A DNA stretch of 64,000 nt from an uncultured archaeon (GTDB lineage: Archaea > Asgardarchaeota > Thorarchaeia > Thorarchaeales > Thorarchaeaceae), in assembly GCA_964558645.1 (NCBI GenBank), contig CAZLEV010000002.1:320001-384000 (forward strand), in the 5' to 3' direction. The number at the start of each line of letters is the position of its first letter. The stretch's first letter is position 1. This document shows positions 1-10,311 of the stretch, in pieces. The notes below the pieces were generated by a model. That model saw only the letters and a list, made by a program, of their open reading frames with translations, was not told the origin of the DNA and ran no database searches. The position numbers were made by a program, and so were the translations under genes.

Positions 1-1
1 G

Positions 2-88
2 GTCGTGTCAACTGACAGGTGGTGGGCAGGGAAACTAGACGAAGGTAAAGACCCCCATGAGCTCCACAAGGAGAAGCCAATTCCCTAA
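2..88 (+). CDS. possible 3' end of an upstream gene (…VVSTDRWWAGKLDEGKDPHELHKEKPIP*), truncated by window edge
   Basis: Open frame from base 2 to TAA at 86-88, overlapping the stop of the convergent gene. Confidence 0.3.
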   Translation, partial: VVSTDRWWAGKLDEGKDPHELHKEKPIP

Positions 89-1215
89 ACCTTGATGGGA
101 TACCTCCCCCGCTTTTTTGCATAATCATACATCGTGAGAGTCTTCTCCGGAGTTGAGTCCGGTTGAATGTTGTGGGCAGGAGCCAGTATGTAGCCTCCTC
201 CAGGAGCGAGTGCCTTCAGACGAGTGTCCACCTCCTCCTTGACTTCCCGAACTGTTCCCCGCTCGGACATTGCCCGTTGCAGGTCAATAGCTCCGTGGAA
301 AGAGAGGCGACCTCCATATTTCTCTTTAAGCTCTGCTGAATCCATTCCCTTTGCCAATGGCTGAATTGGGTTGAGGATGTCCACTCCAACATCTATAAGA
401 TCGTTGATAAGCGGTTCTATAGCCCCACAGCTGTGGTAGAGCAACTCGACATGGGGTGCACGTCTGTGTATGTCCCCGTAAATCTTCTCATGCCTAGGTC
501 TGATGAGCTTCCTGTACATTCTTGGACTCATGATGAGCCCGTGCTGATGACCCAAATCATCTCCCACTTGAACAATGTCGAGGTATTCGCCAACTGCATC
601 TAACAATACACGGTTCATATCCATGGCGAATTCCATTGACTTATCCATCATGGCCTCAGCGAGGAGAGTTCCCTCCGCAAGGTCAATGAGGAACTTCTCA
701 AAGCCTCGCATGTAGTGTGCACATATCTCGAAGACGCCCCAGGGCCCCCCAACCATGCCCACCACAGCATAGTCAGTTTCCTCGTGAAGGTGTTGAGCCC
801 ACTCAGTGACGCCATCCATTCTAGAGGGGTCATCCGCATCCGGCCATTCCCATCCCTCGACTTCCTCAACTTCCGTGATTTCCGCCCACGGGAAGTGGGT
901 TACCTCCCAGTAGGGTCCGAACCACTTTCCCCGGAAACCATATTCCGAATCAGTTGTTCCATCAGGATAGGTCTTCACTTTGAATCTAGCTGAAGGATTC
1001 ATGTATACACGACGAAAGTCGACGTGAAGTCGCTTCAGCATCTCTTCAGATATCTTCCAGTTTGACATGATGCCCCACTCTTGTGTTTCAGGGGCTGTAA
1101 TTCCGAGATGTTCCCGCAGTTGCTCATACGCTGAGGGAGTTGTCCAGTAGTCAATGGGTACCCTGTCAGGTTCTTCATGGCCCAATGCCTTCAAGACACG
1201 TTCACGAGGTTTCAT
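85..1215 (-). CDS. uroporphyrinogen decarboxylase family / MtaA-CmuA-like methylcobamide methyltransferase
   Basis: N-term MKPRERVLKALGHEEPDRVP, GDDLG, YHSCG, LNPIQP, GGGYILAPAHNIQ motifs; start at ATG 1215 preferred over ORF start 1257. Confidence 0.85.
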   Translation of the reverse strand: MKPRERVLKALGHEEPDRVPIDYWTTPSAYEQLREHLGITAPETQEWGIMSNWKISEEMLKRLHVDFRRVYMNPSARFKVKTYPDGTTDSEYGFRGKWFGPYWEVTHFPWAEITEVEEVEGWEWPDADDPSRMDGVTEWAQHLHEETDYAVVGMVGGPWGVFEICAHYMRGFEKFLIDLAEGTLLAEAMMDKSMEFAMDMNRVLLDAVGEYLDIVQVGDDLGHQHGLIMSPRMYRKLIRPRHEKIYGDIHRRAPHVELLYHSCGAIEPLINDLIDVGVDILNPIQPLAKGMDSAELKEKYGGRLSFHGAIDLQRAMSERGTVREVKEEVDTRLKALAPGGGYILAPAHNIQPDSTPEKTLTMYDYAKKRGRYPIKV

Positions 1216-1240
1216 GGTGTTTGTCAAGATTACACCTCGA

Positions 1241-1273
1241 TTATTAAAGTGCTCCATGGCAGCTCTTTAATAA
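1241..1273. promoter_or_regulatory. palindromic back-to-back TATA boxes (bidirectional promoter)
   Basis: TTATTAAAG(1241-1249)...CTTTAATAA(1265-1273) perfect inverted repeat between divergent starts at 1215 and 1307. Confidence 0.6.
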
Positions 1274-1306
1274 CCCGAACGTGAGAAATGGGTCGGAGAC
1301 CGAAAC

Positions 1307-2689
1307 ATGGTGACCATAGAGAAGTTGACCAATCTTCTGAGTGAAGCTATTGGTCCCGAACGAGTCACTGACAAGGACTTCGACTTGATCACGTATAGCC
1401 GAGACCTCAGTCCTGCTCGACCAAAGATGCCTTCCCACGTAGTCATGCCCGAAACCCGGGAGGACATCAGGGCGATTCTTGCAATAGCGAATGAACAAGA
1501 CGTTCCAGTATACATTCGGGGTGGCGGAACGTCACACTGGGATGCATATCTAGCCCAAGAGCCTGGAATCATGATGGACATGGGTCGAATGAACAAGATT
1601 CTCGAGATAAATGACCGTGATTTGGCCGTGACAGTACAGCCCAATTGTACTTGGGGAAAGCTCGATCAGGCTTTGAGGAAACGCGGTTTGACATATCTCT
1701 GCTCGGAGGCAGGAGGCCCAGCCATGACCATCGGTGGGTCAGTCATGAAGGCAGGAGGAGGTCCTCATTCAACGGCTAAGTTCGGCTTCCACGGAAACCA
1801 AGATGTTCTTACTCTTGAGATGGTTCTTCCAAACGGGGACGTCGTAGAGACCGGCTCTGCTGCATGGCCGAGCGCTGGAAAGTTCGAACGTCAGTGTCTT
1901 GGCCCTGATCTGGCGGGTATGTTCATTGGAGCTGAGGGTATACTAGGCGTCTGTACGGAGTTGACCCTACGAATTCGTCCTGCGACAGACTATATTGAGC
2001 GAATCCTGGTAGTAATGAAGACTCTTGATGACGTCGTCGAGTTTGGTCATTTCGTCAACCGTTATGTGGGTGACGAGTACTTGCAGGGCATCTATCTCTG
2101 GGTTGATCCCGATTCCCCTGATGCATTCGTTCTCATGATGGATCTTTTTGGCTACGAGAAGGAAATCATCGAATATCGGAAAGAACGAATCCTTGCGAAA
2201 ATCAGTGAACTCGGCGGAGAGATCGGAGATCCTGCTCCTGCCAATGATTACTTTGACAGAATTCTCACGGGTTTCACCGATCTCTTTACAGAAGGTGTCT
2301 GGCACTTCTTTGGAGCTGGGACTCTTCGAATCGATGATATCCAGTTTGTCTACAGGATCTGGAGAGAGGAGCTCCTCGAGAAACGAGATTACAAGAAGGC
2401 AGGGTTTGGTGGACAAATCCTTCCTCGTCGATGGCTGGCCTTCATGGTCACGAACTATAAGGAGCCTGAGGATTGGAAGGAACTTGTAGAGATGGCTGAT
2501 GAAATTGATGCCAAGGTGCTCTCCGGTCCTGTTGTGCCCTATGGCATTGGAGGCCGTGACGGACTAAGACGTTTTGTGGCCGAAAGGGACACTGGCTACT
2601 ACCGACTCCTCAAGACCCTGAAGAAGACACTCGACCCCAAGAATGTCCTACAACGGGGCATATTCATCCCTGAAGAGGAACTACGATGA
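1307..2689 (+). CDS. FAD-binding oxidoreductase (GlcD/D-lactate dehydrogenase-like, FAD_binding_4)
   Basis: RGGGTS, TIGG, GPDLAGMFIGAEGILG, C-terminal KKTLDPKNVL motifs. Confidence 0.85.
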   Translation: MVTIEKLTNLLSEAIGPERVTDKDFDLITYSRDLSPARPKMPSHVVMPETREDIRAILAIANEQDVPVYIRGGGTSHWDAYLAQEPGIMMDMGRMNKILEINDRDLAVTVQPNCTWGKLDQALRKRGLTYLCSEAGGPAMTIGGSVMKAGGGPHSTAKFGFHGNQDVLTLEMVLPNGDVVETGSAAWPSAGKFERQCLGPDLAGMFIGAEGILGVCTELTLRIRPATDYIERILVVMKTLDDVVEFGHFVNRYVGDEYLQGIYLWVDPDSPDAFVLMMDLFGYEKEIIEYRKERILAKISELGGEIGDPAPANDYFDRILTGFTDLFTEGVWHFFGAGTLRIDDIQFVYRIWREELLEKRDYKKAGFGGQILPRRWLAFMVTNYKEPEDWKELVEMADEIDAKVLSGPVVPYGIGGRDGLRRFVAERDTGYYRLLKTLKKTLDPKNVLQRGIFIPEEELR

Positions 2690-3882
2690 GAATCGAGGAA
2701 TACAGAGACATGATTTACGCCTGCGGAAGGTGTAATTTCTGCAAAGGAACAGACTTCAATGAACGTTGTCCGCAGATATTCACGCAGACTTGGGAATCAG
2801 CCACACTCCGGGGACGAATGGCCATCGCCCGGGGGCTTCTTGAGGAGAAACTCGAATATAGCGATGAGCTGGCTGAGAGAATCTTTGGCTGCTTCATGTG
2901 CGGCAGGTGTCGTGAGGAGTGCAAGAAGGCAGCCAACATTGATGCCATAGCAATAACAAAAGCAATGCGCGCGGACTTCGTGGACCAAGGAGTGAAGATA
3001 CCTGAAGGAGGAGAAACCATGGCCAACACTGCCATTCAAACCGGCAACATCTTCGCAGATACGCCCGAGCGCCACACAAAATGGGCTGACGGACTGGAGT
3101 TCAAGGAGGGCTCTGGAGTGTTGTTCTTCCCTGGTTGCTTAGCCAGTCATCGTTTCAAAGAGAAGACCAATATCCTCGTGCGCTTGCTTCAGACCGCTGG
3201 GTATGATTTGGATTTCCTTGGCGATGACCAGATGTGCTGTGGAGCACCCTATTGGATTACTGGGCAAGTCGAGAATAATGAACAGTGGGCACGGGATTAT
3301 CTGAAGAAACTGCAGGAACGTGCAGTGAAGGAGATTATCACGCCGTGCCCCAGCTGCTTTAGGGCCTTCGACGAGGAATATCCTAAGATCTTGAATCTAG
3401 ATGCGTTTCCAATCAAAGTCCGACACACCAGTCAGGTCCTAGAGGAGATAGTCGACAAGAAGAAACTGGAGTTCACGATTCCTCTCAACAAGAAAGTAAC
3501 CTATCATGACCCATGTGAGATTGGGCGTTATCGCGGTATCTACGAACCGGCTCGGAAGATTCTCGCGGCGCTTCCGGGGGTTGAGTTCGTTGAGATGTCA
3601 CGGAACAGAGAAGAGGCATTTTGCTGCGGTGGCGGTGGCGGCGTGAAGATCATGTACGAGGACTACTCCAACAGGGTGGCCAAGGAGCGAATTCAAGATT
3701 TCATAGAAACCGGTGCCGAAACCCTGGTCACAATCTGTCCTGCCTGCGAGATGAATCTCACCCACGGGACTTACGCGGCGGATGTTGAGGCACGAGTTCT
3801 GGATATTGCCGAACTAATGGCAGTGGCTGTCGGGATAGAAGATCCTGAGATTCTGGAGTCGGATTACTTCCCTGAAGACTAG
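2686..3882 (+). CDS. (Fe-S)-binding protein, GlcF/HdrD-like with two CCG domains
   Basis: CGRCNFC and CFMCGRCREEC ferredoxin motifs; FPGC/CCG/CPSC and YHDPC/CCGGGGG/CPAC; ATGA overlap with upstream gene. Confidence 0.9.
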   Translation: MRIEEYRDMIYACGRCNFCKGTDFNERCPQIFTQTWESATLRGRMAIARGLLEEKLEYSDELAERIFGCFMCGRCREECKKAANIDAIAITKAMRADFVDQGVKIPEGGETMANTAIQTGNIFADTPERHTKWADGLEFKEGSGVLFFPGCLASHRFKEKTNILVRLLQTAGYDLDFLGDDQMCCGAPYWITGQVENNEQWARDYLKKLQERAVKEIITPCPSCFRAFDEEYPKILNLDAFPIKVRHTSQVLEEIVDKKKLEFTIPLNKKVTYHDPCEIGRYRGIYEPARKILAALPGVEFVEMSRNREEAFCCGGGGGVKIMYEDYSNRVAKERIQDFIETGAETLVTICPACEMNLTHGTYAADVEARVLDIAELMAVAVGIEDPEILESDYFPED

Positions 3883-4169
3883 CCGCCCACAGCTGCAATC
3901 ATGAATACCACGAGATCTCCCTTGGAGAGCTTTGTTTCCAGTCCCGCTCTAGCGACCATATTCATTCCGTTTACTATGACAATGGCATCTCTTCGAAGAT
4001 TCTTCTTCTTAGCATCATCGAGGTAGCTCTCAAAGCGCTCCCCATACTCCTCATGGAGGTGCTCAATGAGATCCCGTATGGTCGAGCCTTCTTCAGCCTC
4101 AAATGGGAACATATTGTGTTCGTCGTATTTCATGCCCTTGTTCATGAGCTTAACGTAGACCTCGGTCAT
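3879..4169 (-). CDS. MoaD/ThiS/SAMP ubiquitin-like sulfur carrier
   Basis: ~96 aa, IVIVNG motif, C-terminal AVGG. Confidence 0.85.
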   Translation of the reverse strand: MTEVYVKLMNKGMKYDEHNMFPFEAEEGSTIRDLIEHLHEEYGERFESYLDDAKKKNLRRDAIVIVNGMNMVARAGLETKLSKGDLVVFMIAAVGG

Positions 4170-4391
4170 ACTAAGCACGTCCTTTCTCAGGTTGCTTAAG
4201 CTGTGCGGTCAAGTCTTTTATGCCTCTCGATTAAGACATATTGGACATCCATAAAGCTTTTAATAACTGTGAAGAGGCGGAACTCGCATACGGTCAAAGC
4301 CTGCATATGCATTGCCCATAAACGCTGAAGAGAACCGTCAACTCATAGGTCTAGATTGCGACACGACAAAAGATAATGGTTGCTTTGAATA

Positions 4392-5171
4392 TTGGCTGAC
4401 TCAAGAACTTCCCGGACTACACTTAGAGAATGGATGGCTGAAAACGCCCGAAACGAGCCAATCCACTATCGGGAGATTGCCGAAGAGCTTGGAAGAGATC
4501 CCGCTTCTGTGTCTGCCTCTCTTTCGATTGAGAAGGCACAGGCCGAAACTGAAGGACGTCCTCCATACTTTGTGCGAGTGAAGGCCGGTCTCTACCGTTA
4601 CAACGAGCTCTGTGAGGCCGCGAAAGACGAGGAAAAGATTGATGCGGAGATACGAGAGAAGGTCAAGGAAGTGAACCGGAAGGCTCGAAGCGATGTTAAC
4701 GAGGCTATTGACCGACTCGATCTAAATGGGTTCACCCAACTGGCAAATACCATCCTTGCTAACATCAGAGTGCGCGTGGAAGATGTGCGGGAGCGAGAAC
4801 GCTACAACGCAACTGTTGTTCTCACAGGCTCTTGGCTCGATGATGGCGGCGCGGCTCCAGTAGTATTCTATATCAAGAAGTGCGGATTGGATGAAGAGAT
4901 TGGAAAGGCCACCATCCTAGAGATTCGAGGTGCGCTTCCCAACTATCAAGCCAATCAAGGTGTCCTGATCAGCAACGGCATCTGCACGAAGGAGGCTAGG
5001 GAGGCGGCGGTGATGAGCCGTTATTCAGTGCCACCCATTCACATCATGGACAAGGAGATCATCTTGAACATTCTGGAAGAGAGCCGCGCGGGTGTGAAGT
5101 CTCGCAAGATCGACATGCTGTTCCTAGATGAAGAGTTCTTTGGACAACTGACATCAGATGGCGCAGCGTAA
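4392..5171 (+). CDS. HTH (HARE-HTH-like) plus Mrr-like restriction endonuclease-fold protein
   Basis: N-term PIHYREIAEEL...PASVSASL...YFVRVKAGLY; C-term GVLISNG..TKEAREAA...IHIMD typical of Mrr_cat. Confidence 0.6.
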   Translation: MADSRTSRTTLREWMAENARNEPIHYREIAEELGRDPASVSASLSIEKAQAETEGRPPYFVRVKAGLYRYNELCEAAKDEEKIDAEIREKVKEVNRKARSDVNEAIDRLDLNGFTQLANTILANIRVRVEDVRERERYNATVVLTGSWLDDGGAAPVVFYIKKCGLDEEIGKATILEIRGALPNYQANQGVLISNGICTKEAREAAVMSRYSVPPIHIMDKEIILNILEESRAGVKSRKIDMLFLDEEFFGQLTSDGAA

Positions 5172-5621
5172 TTCCCCTATGTTTAATTTCGGCTTAATCG
5201 GCCCAGAGAGTTCCTTCAAGATCCACTGCCGCGCTGATCCATGGATTGGCAGCACTAGACGCAGTCCTCCTCAAGAATCCGTCATTTCTAGATAATCTGT
5301 TTCTTACAATTTGGTGAGTGAACGTCACCTGTAAGAGACTTCTGCGTTCCATCCCTCCCCTGAGAGTGTTCAAGACTACATGTCAGCAAGGAGGAAATCA
5401 TACACATATCTGACAAAATGACTAGGAAATCAAGGCGTTTTTAAGATTCTAGAATCGAGTTGTGTTCCCATTGCCTCTCCGTATATAACCAAGACCCCGT
5501 TTTCGTTTGTTAAATAGCTCGCCAGCCAACCTTAAATACAGCCGTTACTGTCTTCTCAGTTATCACCGGATATGTCTTATACGTATCTTGTGAGAGATAA
5601 AATGTAAGGAGAACAACGCAA

Positions 5622-7172
5622 ATGAGTGAGGAAGAAAAACTCCTCTTCGTGCGAGAGAGCTCCGGCCTCGTGAGAGAGGTTGGTACGGGTTTCGCTCTAC
5701 TTCTTCCAATAGCACTAACCCTGGGTCCATGGTTCCACTTCTTTGGACCGCAGGTTTCCACTTGGTATCCTGGTGCACATCTGGTACCTATGTACGCAAT
5801 CGGTGCAGGTATTGTATTCTTTGAAGCTATCGCGCTGATGGTGCTGATGCTTGCCATGCCAAGGTCTGGAGCCTCATACCACTTCACTGGACGTGGTCTG
5901 AGTCCAATATTCGGTGTTATGGAAGGTTGGCGAAGCGTTATCACCAACCCTGTCTTCAGGGGAACTGGTAGCTTTTTCGCCGTGCAAATATTCGCTGGCG
6001 GGCTCACTGTTGTCGGCTACGCATCGAATAATCCCGGGCTGATCAGCTTTGCAACAACCCTTGGCACTGATGTCATCTGGTTGTTTACAGCGGCGGTTCT
6101 GATGATACTCGTTGGTTTCATCTTCAGCTATCTCAGCGTAAAATGGCTGGGATGGTTTGTGATAATCCTAGGTATCATCAACATCTTGGCGCTATTAGTA
6201 GCTGATTTAGTCATGATTACAACACCGATGACCGAAACAGTATGGGAGAATGTGTTTGGTGCAGGGTCTTGGGCGCCTATAGAAGCCTTTGACAATTCTG
6301 CGTATGTGGACTTCAACCCAGCTGCAATAGGTGGTGCGCTCATTCTGACAGTCGGTGGAATGTGGCCTTATCTAATCATGCCTGTTGCTGGCGAGGTGTC
6401 ACAACCGAGCAAGAACATTCCGCTCAGCAATGTGGGTGGTTGGGCGGGCATTGCTGCCTTTTTCCTACTCTCTGCCTTTGCGGTTGAGAGTTCCATGGGA
6501 GAGTATTTGTACGGGATCAACGTGACGTCCTACAGCCTCGGATTCTTCCCTGGATTCGGTAATTATGCAGCCGTGATTCTGGGTGCCAGCCCACTGGCAT
6601 TCTTCGTGATCTTGTGCCCGATTTTTGCCAGTGTACTAGACTCCCCGAGTAATGCGCTGTGGGTGACACGCCCAATGCATAGCATGGCCATGGACAGATT
6701 CTGTCCCGAGATGTTTGCAAGAGTCCATCCAAAGTATCATGTTCCACACATTACACTGTGGTTCTGGTTGATTCTTTCGGTTGGAACAGTAGCTTATGCT
6801 ACAATCTTGCAGTACTTCTACGGAACAGCACTCGCCTCTCTGATAGGCGTGGCATATACGTACGTGTTTATCAGATGGCAGATGTCTCTCGCTGCAGTGT
6901 CGCTCCCATACTACCGACCTACATTATGGGAGCGGAGCGGATCTTGGAAGATCTTCGGCATTCCACTGATTTCGATTGGTGGTCTGATAGCAGGTACAGC
7001 CTTCTTCTATGCCATGGTGGCATACACGCCTGATCCCGGGGTTCAGTATGAAGTCTGGTTCACTGTGATCATCTACGTGATAGGCCAGCTTGCCTATCTG
7101 TACTATGGCATGAAGAACAAGGCCAAGGGTATTGAGATGAGTGCCATATTCGGACAACTCCCGCCCGAGTAG
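5622..7172 (+). CDS. APC family amino acid permease
   Basis: LFVRESSGLVRE start, AMPRSG, AGEV, about 12 TM helices, archaeal C-terminal LPPE. Confidence 0.9.
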   Translation: MSEEEKLLFVRESSGLVREVGTGFALLLPIALTLGPWFHFFGPQVSTWYPGAHLVPMYAIGAGIVFFEAIALMVLMLAMPRSGASYHFTGRGLSPIFGVMEGWRSVITNPVFRGTGSFFAVQIFAGGLTVVGYASNNPGLISFATTLGTDVIWLFTAAVLMILVGFIFSYLSVKWLGWFVIILGIINILALLVADLVMITTPMTETVWENVFGAGSWAPIEAFDNSAYVDFNPAAIGGALILTVGGMWPYLIMPVAGEVSQPSKNIPLSNVGGWAGIAAFFLLSAFAVESSMGEYLYGINVTSYSLGFFPGFGNYAAVILGASPLAFFVILCPIFASVLDSPSNALWVTRPMHSMAMDRFCPEMFARVHPKYHVPHITLWFWLILSVGTVAYATILQYFYGTALASLIGVAYTYVFIRWQMSLAAVSLPYYRPTLWERSGSWKIFGIPLISIGGLIAGTAFFYAMVAYTPDPGVQYEVWFTVIIYVIGQLAYLYYGMKNKAKGIEMSAIFGQLPPE

Positions 7173-7186
7173 CCCATAAATCATAG

Positions 7187-7209
7187 GAAGAGAGCAGCAA
7201 GCTCTCTTC
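7187..7209. terminator. hairpin between convergent genes
   Basis: GAAGAGAGC-agcaa-GCTCTCTTC 9-bp perfect stem 15 nt after permease stop. Confidence 0.5.
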
Positions 7210-7248
7210 TCACCTTTATTCCTCGAGTTCAGACCTGCCTATCTGAAA

Positions 7249-8181
7249 CTAAAATCTATCTTCCTCAGTGAAGTCATGGATAGGTGGGAAAGCATTACGG
7301 CTAGCTTTGCTTGAGAGAGGCTCCAGTTTGTCCCATGTCCTGTGAAAACGAGATGGAAATGACCACGGTCTGATGAGAAGAAGTTCTTCAACATTCTCCG
7401 ATGAATTGTACAGTTGAAGGGCGTTTTCTGCTGCCTCAGCGAACCTTTTACGCTCATCATCTTCTAACACCTGCTGACTGAAGACATAGGCATCGTCTTT
7501 CCACTGATAGCGAACGGAGAACTCGTCATGATCCGCGAACACCCTCTTGATGAGTCGCCAAGGCCAAAAAGTTGCCATCTGCTCAAGCTGCTCTCCTGCG
7601 CCGTATAGGTCCAGCGCCATGCCCTCCTTGCAGTACACGTAGTCGGGTGCTCTCTCTCTGAACTTGGGATTTGGTCTTGCCTGCCGTCCCTTCTTTGTCC
7701 AGTCATACCAATTAGAGCCTATGCGCTCGATGACCTCGCAACGCTCAATTATGTACTTCACAGCCGCAGCAGTACCATGATGGGCAAGCCCCGGCAGGTA
7801 GGGTCTTCGAAGTTTCGCTTCAATGAGCCCCCTGACCGTCGGAACATCTTCTAAGGGAATAATGCTCCATATCGGGAAGAACGCTCTGCCGTGGGGGAGA
7901 TTATAGAGATATACAATTCCCACACTATCGATGGGTTCGAATCCTTTCGGCAGTTCTTCGTCAAGTGGCCATGTGGAATTGTTCATACAATAGTGTACAT
8001 CGCACACATCAAAGGAAACTACTTCATCCCAACTGGCGTCATAATGTGCATGGTATTGCTTTCCCTTCCTCTCTCGCTGCAGGAAGAATGTGGCACAGGT
8101 TCCACCAATTCGAACTTCATTCTCCGGATTGAGGGGGTCAGTGCCAACGTATTCAAAGTCATCAAGCATATCTCGACTCAC
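7249..8181 (-). CDS. hypothetical protein
   Basis: 310-aa ORF filling the gap; no recognised motif. Confidence 0.65.
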   Translation of the reverse strand: MSRDMLDDFEYVGTDPLNPENEVRIGGTCATFFLQRERKGKQYHAHYDASWDEVVSFDVCDVHYCMNNSTWPLDEELPKGFEPIDSVGIVYLYNLPHGRAFFPIWSIIPLEDVPTVRGLIEAKLRRPYLPGLAHHGTAAAVKYIIERCEVIERIGSNWYDWTKKGRQARPNPKFRERAPDYVYCKEGMALDLYGAGEQLEQMATFWPWRLIKRVFADHDEFSVRYQWKDDAYVFSQQVLEDDERKRFAEAAENALQLYNSSENVEELLLIRPWSFPSRFHRTWDKLEPLSSKASRNAFPPIHDFTEEDRF

Positions 8182-8305
8182 ATCATTCGTCCGTTAAATA
8201 GGCTTTCGGACGTTCCACTCTTAAGTAAAGTGACATAGGTTAAACTCTGAATCAAAAACGTTAAGAGCTCGTGTCTTGGAACCTGACAGGAGAGGACTCT
8301 TACCG

Positions 8306-9001
8306 ATGAGCCAAGGACCCAAGCGAAGCCGGAGTTCTTCTGATTCCTTTGAGGCCTTAGAGATTGAAACCTCAGGTCTGCCTCTGAAATTCAGCAAGAA
8401 TCTCGCCACCGTGATGGATGCGTATCGCATTAATAGGACTTACAGCACTGAGTTTGTTGATAAGGCAATCAATAGAGGCGAACTTCCAAGAGGTTTCATA
8501 CAGCAATGGGGGACTATCAGGGCTGTGCTTCACAGGATTGCTGCAGTGGGACCAAAGATACCAAACGTGGAGAAGTGGCTCAATCAGAGACAGTATGTTT
8601 CCTTCGCGTCAATGGCACTGTTGACAATTGCTGTTCCTCTTCTTCTTGCCACATGGGTACTGCAGTTAGCTTGGCTGGAACCCATTGCACTTCCGCTGTC
8701 CATCGTGGCCATGGCCCTACTCCTGATTAGCTGGCTGACTTCTGCGTGGTTCAACCGAAAGGTTGCGTGGACCATACATGACTACATAGAGGATCATCCA
8801 GAACTTGTGCGCAAAGAAAGGAAGGTACTCAAGAAATGGTCCCAATCCATGATCTATCATATTGCTAGGCTCCTGCGCAGGAGCAATGCGGATCCTGACA
8901 AGAACCTACTGAAGCTCTTCAACAACGATTACAAGGGAATCGACATCCTAAAAGAGCCGTCAGGCTTCAGAAAACACTACGTTGTTAGAATCAGGGTCTA
9001 G
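8306..9001 (+). CDS. hypothetical membrane protein (2 TM)
   Basis: Long ORF (track start 8276; ATG at 8306) with two central hydrophobic helices. Confidence 0.7.
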   Translation: MSQGPKRSRSSSDSFEALEIETSGLPLKFSKNLATVMDAYRINRTYSTEFVDKAINRGELPRGFIQQWGTIRAVLHRIAAVGPKIPNVEKWLNQRQYVSFASMALLTIAVPLLLATWVLQLAWLEPIALPLSIVAMALLLISWLTSAWFNRKVAWTIHDYIEDHPELVRKERKVLKKWSQSMIYHIARLLRRSNADPDKNLLKLFNNDYKGIDILKEPSGFRKHYVVRIRV

Positions 9002-9069
9002 TCCTCACTTGGACTGAGGTATTCTTGCGGAGTTCAGGGTCGGCCAATCATACCGCCGATACTCTGATG

Positions 9070-10197
9070 TTAAAGTAAGACCTCTATGGGCCTGTAGTCA
9101 AGATTGAATCCGAAATGACGTGGTCCCAACACCTTCAGACCCTCTGGCTCTCTGAATACAGGCGCTCCTTTCATCCCAATCACGACGACATTGTCGCCTT
9201 TCCTGATGTCTGTGTTTGTGATTGGCTCTCCTGTCTTTGAATCGATAATCTCGATAATATCGGGGCTCGTCACCCAGGGTTTTCCATCAAGCCACGTGAT
9301 ATGATTCTCGTTTTTGAACCAAACCTTGAGCTTAGAACCAATCTTAGGTCCACTACCTTTGATCTCTGTTTCACCCCACATGTAACCCTGCTTGTTCTCC
9401 CAGGTCTTCTGAACGACGGTGCCTTTGAATAGAATCCATCCACCAGCCTTTTCTACAATCTTCTCTGCAGGATCATCTCCGGATTCTCTGCTCTCTCTAA
9501 TCAGCCGGCCCACGGTAAAGGCCTTAGAGAGTGTTCCGGGGATGATTGCTCTGTGGAAGTCTTTGCCCTGAACTGGAAATGCAACGTTCCCGAGACGACC
9601 CCACGCCACCTCGCTGAGTGCTTTCGATATCCTTTCTCCCATCTCGTAGTTTATGACATGTTCCACGATGGTCTTGTTGCCATACCAGTCTATCAGGGCC
9701 ATCGGGGCCATAGAGAATCCCTTCACGCAGACTGTGTTCTGACAGATTTCGGGAACCGCCCTTCCTGAGTAGTCTCCGTCTACGCACGGAATTCCGTGTT
9801 TCATGGCTGCATCAATGGGCGCCGGTGTGTTCACTCCGCCAAGCTCAAAGGGTGCTACTGCTGCAAACTCGACGTCCATGTGTTTCTCGAGGGTTGCAAG
9901 CCCTTCTGCAAGCTCATTCTCGAATAAATCCCAAGCAAATCTCTTTCTCAGCGCATCTGTTTCCGGCGTCGGAGGAGCAATTGTGCCCGAGTAGTATGGA
10001 CACGCGAGCCAGTCATCAAGTTTGATCTTTTCAACATCAATGATATCGATTTTCTTTCCTGCGTCGACATGCGGGTAAAGCATGTTCAAGCCGAGCTGCT
10101 TGCTCCCTCCACCCCCCGTACCAAAAAAGGTACAGCCAGTTGCGAGATCTTCGATGTCTGTACGGTTCTTTAAGATTAGGCCCATGATTTCGACCAT
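9070..10197 (-). CDS. DUF917 family protein
   Basis: GCTFFGTGGGG, FELGGVN, VDGDYSGRAVPE, KNENH, SPDII, GPRHFG motifs. Confidence 0.9.
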   Translation of the reverse strand: MVEIMGLILKNRTDIEDLATGCTFFGTGGGGSKQLGLNMLYPHVDAGKKIDIIDVEKIKLDDWLACPYYSGTIAPPTPETDALRKRFAWDLFENELAEGLATLEKHMDVEFAAVAPFELGGVNTPAPIDAAMKHGIPCVDGDYSGRAVPEICQNTVCVKGFSMAPMALIDWYGNKTIVEHVINYEMGERISKALSEVAWGRLGNVAFPVQGKDFHRAIIPGTLSKAFTVGRLIRESRESGDDPAEKIVEKAGGWILFKGTVVQKTWENKQGYMWGETEIKGSGPKIGSKLKVWFKNENHITWLDGKPWVTSPDIIEIIDSKTGEPITNTDIRKGDNVVVIGMKGAPVFREPEGLKVLGPRHFGFNLDYRPIEVLL

Positions 10198-10311
10198 CCT
10201 TTGCGTGAGTTTAACACCTAAGCAAGTTTAACTCCCTTAAATCTATTCACACAAACTGGACGAAGAGAAGCAAGGAGGTCGCTCATGTATCGTCCTGTCT
10301 TTTGTTTATTT

